Source: the human T2T-CHM13v2.0 reference genome, Homo sapiens
DNA length: 64,000 nucleotides
Direction: 5' to 3' (one strand)
Assembly: GCF_009914755.1 (NCBI RefSeq)
Contig: NC_060941.1
Shown here in pieces: positions 49,811 through 64,000 of this stretch. The first letter of the stretch is position 1. Every line of letters begins with the position of its first letter. The notes under the pieces were generated by a model that was not told where the DNA came from, did no database searches, and saw only the letters and a program-made list of their open reading frames with translations. Made by a program: the position numbers and the translations under genes.

Positions 49811-50943
49811 GGATTGTACTTTTCTAGTTAGAAAAGGAAGTGGCACAAGGATGAGGGCAGTGAATAAGGAGATGGCTCAACGGAAGTATCAGGGTCCTGT
49901 AAATAGTTAACGTGTTTTATGATCAAAGGGTTCTTTGCATTTTTGGTGATTTTGAGGCTTAATTTCCTCTATGTAGTTAGTTAAATATTTAACACTGAGA
50001 GCGAGGGCGGGGACAAGGCAAACAACAAAAAAATCAAAATGAAGCCAACTTCTGCGGGGTTTCCCCGCCCCAGGGAGGTGGAGGTTGAGGTAGAACTGAC
50101 TGAGAGAATCACCCTGCACTATGATGAAGACACATCCACACATCAGGACTACATAGCTGGCAGGCCCTGGCTCTCCAGAGGAGCAAACAGCTTCTTCCTT
50201 GTGTTTCTGTGTCTGTCTTAGTAGAAATCTGTGCCCTTGGAAGAAAACCAAATTTGCACCCCTTGAGGCAGACACTAACCAAGTGAATTAGGTAGATGGG
50301 TGGATGGGTGGGTGAATATAGGCAGGAGGTGTGACAGGCCCCAGGGAGAGAAAGGACACTGTTCTTACTGACAGGCACACACTGCCACACCTGCCCTCCC
50401 AACAACCCCGACACAGACACTGTTGTTAACCCTCCTTTTACAGATGAGGAAACTGAAGCTAATTTGCTCATGGTAACACAGGTAGGAAAGTGGCTAAGTT
50501 CAGCTGGAGAAAAGGAAAATTCTGAAAGACTTTAAGATACATCTTATTCAAAAGCATTTGGTGAACATAAAAAAGTACCCAAGGCATAATATTAAGTGAA
50601 CCAAGCTTCTTATAAAGCAGTATGAGTCCTGTGTGATCCCAACTTTATAAAAAATAGATGCATATGTCAATAAATGCACAGAAAAGGGTATACCCCGAAA
50701 TGTTAATAATGGTGATCTCTTGGTTATGACACAGAATTTTGATTGGTCTTTGGGTTTTTCTGTAACTTTAAAATGTTAAACAATAACTGTGTATTATCTT
50801 AATAATGGGGGAAGTCACAGAAAAAGTGCTTTTCAAAAACATGAAATAAATAAGCCCATGTAGGGCCTACAGGGGAGTGCAGTCACCTGGGCCTCATAGG
50901 GTTGGCAAAGGCAAGGATGACTGCTCCAAGGTATAGCCCTGGC

Positions 50944-52045
50944 CAGCCCATCTACCCATCCACCTACCTATTCACCCATCCACCCAGCCATCTACCCACC
51001 GTCCACCCATCTACCCATCTACCTACCCATCTACCCATTCACCTAACCATCTACCCATCTAGCCATCTGCCCATTCACCCACCCATCTACCCATCTACCT
51101 ACCCATCTACCCATTCACCTAACCATCTACCCATCTAGCCATCTGCCCATTCACCCACCTATCTACCTATCTACCTACCCATCCACCTACCCACCAAGCC
51201 ATCCACTCATCCACCTAACCATTTACCCATCTGCCTATCTAGGCACCCATCTACCTACCTATCCACCCATTCACCAATCTACCCAACCACCTACCCATCC
51301 ATCCATCCACCAACCCATCCACCTAGCCACCTGCTCATTCACCTACCTACCTACCCATCCACCTAACCATCCACCTAGCCACCTGCTCATCCACCTACCT
51401 ACCTGCCCATCCACCTAGCCACCTGCTCATTCACCTACTTACCTACCCATCCACCTACCTACCTGCCCATCCACCTAGCCACCTGCTCATTCACCTACCT
51501 ACCTACCCATCCACCTAGCCACCTGCTCAGCCACCTACCTACCTGCCCATCCACCTAGCCACCTGCTCATTCACCTACCTACCTATCCATCCACCTAACC
51601 ATCCACCTAGCCACCTGTTCATCCACCTAACTACCTGCCCATCCACCCATCCACCTACCCATCCACCCACCCACCTAGCCACCACCTGCTCATTCACCTA
51701 CCTACCTACCCATCCACCTAACCATCTGCTCATCCACCTACCTACCTACCCATCCACCTAACCATCTGCTCATCCACCTAACCATCCACCTAACCACCTG
51801 CTCATTCACCTACCTACCTACCCATCCACCTAGCCGCCTGCTCATCCACCTAGCCACCTGCTCATTCACCTACCTACCTATCCATCCACCTAACCATCCA
51901 CCTAGCCACCTGCTCATCCACCTACCTACCTGCCCAGCCCCCTAACCATCCACCTAGCCACCTGCTCATCCACCTACCTACCTGACCATCCACCATCCAT
52001 CTATCTAATCTATCAAATCTATTTTATCTATCTATCTATCATTTA
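50944..52045. repeat. ~1.1 kb compound (CCAT/CCTA/CCAC)n repeat with higher-order units, ending in (TCTA)n
   Basis: Recurrent ccacctagccacctgctca(t/c)...cacctacctacctacccat. Confidence 0.95.
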
Positions 52046-52195
52046 TCTGCTGGTGCCTTAAGCAGTTATGTTTGTAGCTGCAGGAAACCATCCTCAAACT
52101 CTTTCCTCCTGGGGACCAAGACAGCCACCGATAGAGCCCTGCCCAAGGCTGTGGACAGGCACCAAGCTTTTCTCTTGGTTAGCTCCCCAACATCA

Positions 52196-52573
<378 letters not shown>

Positions 52574-54451
52574 TTAAGGTAGGCACAAACACAAGAATAA
52601 CCACCACTCGTATTTCCACCACTCAGAACTCCCCTACTAATTAATCTTTACAACAACACACTGTAAGAACTATCATTATTTTACAGCTGAAGAAATGGAT
52701 GCTCAGAGAGGTTAGGAAATCTGTCTGGTCACATAGTGATGAAGTGGCATGGCTGGCATTCAGATCTGGGTTTGGCTGGTTCCAGAGCCTGAGTTCTGCT
52801 CCACTACCCCTTGCTGCCTGTGTCCGGTGTCCCCACTGCTGGCTTGGCAATGCCAGCCTCCTCTAGGTCCACCCCTCCACTCGGGCCCCAGAATGGAAGC
52901 AGCAGAGTAGGGGCTGTGGCAAGCAGCGAAGTAGCTGGGGGACAGGGACCAGGGTCGGGGCTGGCAACAGGGAGCGGATGGGCAGCCAGCAGGGGGCAGG
53001 GGAGTGTGCACAGTGTCTGATGCCTCGGGACTGTGGGGTAGGGCTGGCTTCAGCCCCCTTGGTTGGAGGTGTCTCCACAGCCGGAGCCAGTGGGAATGGG
53101 AGTGGGATGTGCCCTGGGCAAAAAGCAGAGGCCCTGACTCAAACCCTGAACATGTGCCCTAACTCCTCCAAGGGCAGGCAGAAGGGTCCCCGGGCCTTGG
53201 GACCAGAGGGCGGGTTCTGCTCCTCACCAGCTGCCTCACCCTGACCTTCACCTGATTTCTTCAAGGTTCCATTTCAGTGACTGTAAAATTCAGCTACTAC
53301 CAGCTATTTTGTGGGGTTATTACAAAGCTTAAATGAGACAAGGTTCTGCAAGTACCCTGCAAATTATGAAATACAACCCAGATGCCAGTGGTTGGTGTCT
53401 GCCACTGAGCCATGCCTGCTGGGTAGAAAGGAAACCCAAACTCCCCGGTGGCACAGTCCCACCCGCTGGTGGGTGGCAGCCATGGTGAGAGTTGCCCCCG
53501 CAGCATTCACACCCACAGGCGAGGAACCCTTTCTTGCAAGCCCTGGAGTCCTGGCCCCCTCAGAGCCTGGCCTTCACAGGCTGAAGAGCAAAGTGTGAGC
53601 GCTGGGGCAGGCGGGGGAGAGGTCAAGCGAGGCTTGCAGGTGTTTTCTGCAGGAAGCTCTGTTCTGCCTAGCTTCTCCCATCCTCGCGGGGCCAACCGCA
53701 GACCAATTCCTTTCAGATGCTTGAAACAGGCTTCCCTCCAGTCTGTGCCAACAGGACAGCTCCCAAACCAAGGCTCAGCTTCTTGCTCTGGCCTTCTGCA
53801 GCAGGACAACCCCCTCACAGGTCACCTAAGGGTCCCATGGTGATGGGATGCCATCTGCCCCTGGATGGTGGGGGGAGTGGGAGGGGCTAACAATGGAACA
53901 TGGGCAGGGGGATGTCACTCAACCTTGAATAAGACCCTAGAGGGATGCCCTCTAGGGTCCTGCCTATGAGCAAAGGCTCTGGGGCCTGACTGTCAGGGTC
54001 CCATTTCTGCCTCTGGCCAGGCATGGTTGCTGATATCTGTAATCCCAGCACTTTGGGAGGCTGAAGCAGGAGGATCACTTGAGCCTAGGAGTTCAAGACT
54101 AGCTTGAGCAACAGGGGGAGACCCCATCTCTACTAAAACAAACAAACAAACTAACAAAAAAGGAAAATTCTGCCTCTGCCACTTACTAGCTGTGTGAGCT
54201 CAGTAGCAGACACCAACCAGGTACTTACCAGCTCTGTGCTTCAGTTTCCTCCCCTATCAACAGAGATGATAATAGTAGCGCCTATCTCTACAGGGTTGTT
54301 ATGAGACTTAAATGAGATAATCCAAATAAAGCAGCTGGCCCAGTGCCCAGCACAGAAGTATTAGATTTGATGATGAGGAAGACATAGCAGATGTACTGAC
54401 TTGGAATAACATCCACAGTGTAGGAAAAAACCAAGTTGTGGAACAATATAT

Positions 54452-54648
54452 CCAGCATTCAACACAGCAGCCAAGAGCCCCGTGTGTCCCCTTTAAATGC
54501 AAATGAATTTAAATAGAAAATTCAGTTGCTTAACCACACTAGCCACACTTTAAGCACCTGGTAGCACTACATGGCTCGCAGCTATGGCACTGGACACACA
54601 GATCTAGGACATTTTCATCATCACAGAAAGTTCTATTGGACAGCACTG
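54452..54648 (-). mobile_element. MER3-like hAT DNA transposon relic (Alu monomer upstream at 54015-54161)
   Basis: End motif catcacagaaagttctattggacagcactg. Confidence 0.8.
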
Positions 54649-55005
54649 AATAGCACGAGCCCATTTTTATAATTAAAAAAAAGGGTGTACACTTATAAAA
54701 GCAGCAGAAATATTTGGAAGGAAACCATGCCCCTGCTCTGAAAGAACAGGACGGTAGAGCAAGAAGAAAATGAAGCAGGCTGGGACTCCCTGAGCAGCGC
54801 AGTGAGTAGCCAGCCTGCCGCCCATCAGTGGGAGGTGGCAGGAGAGGGACGGGTGAGCAGGGCCCACTGCCTATGAGCAGGGCACTGGCCCCAGCCAGGG
54901 CTGGGGAGGAGCAGAAGCTGTAGGGCAAGCCTGATCTGTGGCCTCATCCCTAGGGGAAGGATGGGGGCATTTGCGGGGAGGCAGAAGGGTGGGGAGCCTA
55001 AATCA

Positions 55006-56121
<1,116 letters not shown>

Positions 56122-56559
56122 CTATCACATGGGACCCTGAAAGCTGGATGGGAACATCCCCATTCTCACCGTCCACTGCTGCTCTTGCGTCCTGTATTTC
56201 ACTGAGAAAATAAGAGCACCCAAAAGATCCCCTCCACACGCCCTGTTCCCTACACCCACGCCTTCCCTCCTGCTGCCAGGGATGAACCAAGTGTGCTTCT
56301 TTCTGCGTGAGGCCAAACCCTCCATTTGTGCAGGAGGTCTCTCCCTTGGCCAACTACTCAAGGACAAGGAGCAGTCCTCTCCTCTGTCACTGCTTTCTTC
56401 CTTCTCTATGGGGTGACTCCCATCGGCACACATGCACGCTGTCATTTCTCCCATCTTTAGAAACACCTCTCGTCTCCATGCACTTCCCTAATGACCACCA
56501 TATTTCTCAGGCCCCTTTACAGAAAACCTGTTTGAAGAGGCATCAAAACTGTTCATCTT

Positions 56560-58093
56560 GGCCGGAAGCGGTGGCTCATGCCTGTAATCCCAGCACTTCG
56601 GGAGGCTGAGGTGGGTGGATCACTTGAGGTCAGGAGTTTGAGACCAGCTTGGTGAACACGGTGAAACCCCGTCTCTACTAAAAATACAAAAATTAGCCAG
56701 GTGTGGTGAGCACCTGTAATCCCAGCTACTAGGGAGGCTGAGGCAGGAGAATGGCTTGAACCGGGAAGGCAGGGGATTGCAGTGAGCTGAGGTCACTCCA
56801 CTGCACTTCAGCCTGGGTGACAGAGGAGTGAGACTCCGTCTCAACAAAACAAAAAACCTCTTGGTCTCTAGTTTCCCTGCTCCCATTCCTTCTCGAACCT
56901 GCTCCAAGTAGGCTTCTCTCCCCCCATTCTACTGACACTGTTTCTGAGATGGTCAATGCCCTCCTCGTTGCCAAACCCCAAGGCCACTCCTCAGCCCTCG
57001 CCCCCACCCTTCTATCTCTCTGGCTCGGTCCTCCCTGTGGCCTCTCACGTTAGAGTGCCCAGATGTCAGTCCTGGGTCCTTGTCTCCTCTCTGTAGATGC
57101 CACTTTCTCACCACTCTACCTTCTCTCAGGCTTTAGCTCCCAATTTTTATCGCCAGCCTGGACCTTGTTCTTGAAATCCACATTCATATATCCACCTGTG
57201 CCATACATGTCCACTAGGATCTCAGCTGACATGTCCAGGATGAATTCCTGCTGCCAGCCTGCTTCCTCCTGAATGGTCCTCATCTCACCAAATAGCAAAA
57301 TTCATCCTTCCAGATGCCTGGGCTAAAAATCTTGGTGTTACCCCAGGTTTTCTTTCTTTCGCAGCCTACATCAGCAAATCCCATTGGCTCTGCCTTCCAC
57401 ACATCCGGAATCCCCGCCTCTCCCCAGCTGCACCCCACCCACTGTCATCTCTGGCCTGGCTTGTGATGACAACCTCCTAACTGGTCTTTCTCCCCTTCTC
57501 CCCTGTAGTCCCTCAGCGTAGGAGCCATGATGACCCATTTAAAGGGAAGTCAGAGCATGTCCCTCTGCCCCAAAACTCCACAGTGGCGGCCATCTCCCTT
57601 AGCTGAAGCCAAAGTGCTTCCAGTGGCCCACAGGCCTCGTCAGATTGACCTCATCGCTCACTGCCACGCCCCCATCTCCTCTCTCCTGCCACTCTGGTCT
57701 CCACTGTCCCTGGATGTGTCAAGCGCAGCCCCAGCGCAGGGTCTTTGCATTTGTTCTCCTTGCTTGAAACACGTACATTGCCTCATGACTCCTTCCCTCT
57801 CTCCCCTTGCATCTCCTCAAACATCCCCTTATTGGTGAGGGCTTTTCTGGCCATCCTATATGCAGTGGTCCACTCTCTACCTCTGTAGACAGGTAGAGAT
57901 TTACTGTCCTCCATAGCACTTATGACCACCTGACCACACACTATGCTTACTTGTTAATTTTATTTCCCGTCTCCTCTACTAGAATCTAAATCCCATGAAG
58001 ACAGGGACACTGCTTTGCTGCCTGCTATGTCTCCAGCACTTAGAACAGTGCCTGGCACATCACAGAGCCTCAATAATATTTGCTGAATGAATG
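56560..58093 (+). mobile_element. Alu (56560-56856) followed by an L2 3' portion (~56880-58093)
   Basis: L2 3' end cagtgcctggcacat...aataatatttgctgaatgaatga. Confidence 0.8.
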
Positions 58094-58613
58094 AGCAGGT
58101 GAGTGCCTATGTATCACATGTTGCCCACAGCTCCCTGCTGCCTGGGGTGTGACAACAACCAGGGTGTCCAAAGGACACACAATTCTCTCTCCGCCAGCCT
58201 GGAATAGCCTTGGAGATTTCACACTATTCTATGGGGGTTCCCTGCCCCTCAAGAAACCTGATGGCCTAGACCTGAAGCACAGCTTCGCTGGCAGGTTAGA
58301 GACCACAGCCATCACACGGGCCAACAGACAAACCTAACAGAAGCCAGCCCGGAGACCGGGCTCTACCCACACAACCCATGCCAGGGCTACCCACAGCAAG
58401 GCCCCCTGAGCTGGGCAGGATTCTCTGCTGGGTCACTGCAGACAGAAAATGAGGAGAGAAAGAGACCAATTCTAGAGCGTACTTTTTTTGTTTGTTTTGA
58501 AGAGGAAACCCATCATGAAGGTTACTGAAAAATTTGGTTATGGTTATTTAAGGCTTTCTGGAATTTCAGTGTGTGGAGATCAAGCTGACCTTGCTGTAAA
58601 AAGCACTGGGGAG

Positions 58614-59554
<941 letters not shown>

Positions 59555-59786
59555 TCATGGGGCCGGATGTGCTCTGAGCTACAGGTGGAATCAAGAGTTT
59601 TCTATAATCATAAATTGCATAGTTTTCAGGGAAAATATTTTCCTATTTGACTGGTGAAACAGTATTTTTGTCCTCTGTAGGCAGTTTTGAGACAATATAC
59701 TACTTTTCCTGAAATGCTTCCCTGAATGAACATGATTATGATGGCATTCTGGAATGAGGTTTTATAACACTTGTGGGAACACACTA

Positions 59787-63335
<3,549 letters not shown>

Positions 63336-64000
63336 TAGGGTTTCTCAGTCCTGCTTTTGGGTTTGAGATGAGGGAGTCCTGGCGAGCAGGCCTCAGGGTC
63401 CTCATTGGCCGCCTCTGTCTCTGCCGCCCACTTCTGTGCAGGCCCCTGCAACCCCAGGCAGCCAGGCCCTGCCCCTTCCCTTCGTTGTTCTCTTTTGAAT
63501 CTGAAGCTGCTCACTGGCTGGGGAAGATGGGGTTGCGGGGAGCATCTGGGGTGAGTGGGCTTGTGGGAGTGGATTCTGGTTCCTTTTCTCCAGTATTTCA
63601 AGTCCTCCCTGGCATTCTGTGCCTCAACATGGAAGGGCAGAGGCAAGGAAGCTGGCTGGGCCACTCTAAGTGGCTGTGTACACAGAGGAAATGAGTCACA
63701 CAAGCAGTGGGACCAGCCCCACTGTTTTGTTAAGTGCCACTAACCTCACCCTGACATCGCTATTTCCAGTCCCTGAATCAAGACTGCACTCCCTGCTTTG
63801 TAAACAGGGAAGGGTTGGTTTGGACAGTTGGATCCATTCAGATGCTACACGACTCCTCAAGCCAAGGGTGGCAAGTTCTGACTCAGGCAACTTGAGGGGT
63901 AGCTCACAGAACTAGGTCCCCAGAGACTCCTCCACGGGGCCTTCAGAATTGGCAGGTGCTTCCCCCCTGCCAGTGACAGATGATGTGTCAGTCAGGGCAG

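Overview
Human (primate) genomic DNA, Alu-rich, with about 40 Alu copies or fragments plus L1, L2, MIR, MER3 and an MLT1 LTR. It holds parts of two minus-strand genes in tandem, recognisable as the 17q21.31 ARHGAP27-PLEKHM1 locus. (1) ARHGAP27: CpG-island promoter (~31.1-34.8 kb), predicted 5'UTR exons and 9 coding exons (SH3, WW repeats, most of the PH domain; 581 codons). The RhoGAP exons lie beyond base 1. (2) PLEKHM1: the last 7 coding exons (620 aa: PH1, LIR, PH2, Rubicon-homology/C1 region) and a ~2 kb 3'UTR. All listed exons have GT-AG boundaries and join in one open frame, so this looks like the functional locus rather than the 17q24 pseudogene copies. I found no clearly new biological system. 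The best leads concern splicing and isoforms. An ARHGAP27 intronic minisatellite has units that each carry acceptor + 16-nt microexon + donor. A 40-bp duplication doubles a PLEKHM1 3' splice site and gives a frameshift/NMD option. There are two candidate internal ARHGAP27 first exons, a candidate PLEKHM1 poison exon, a fold-back 43-bp repeat upstream of the ARHGAP27 promoter, and zero-spacer inverted Alus. Repeat subfamily calls are by eye and approximate.
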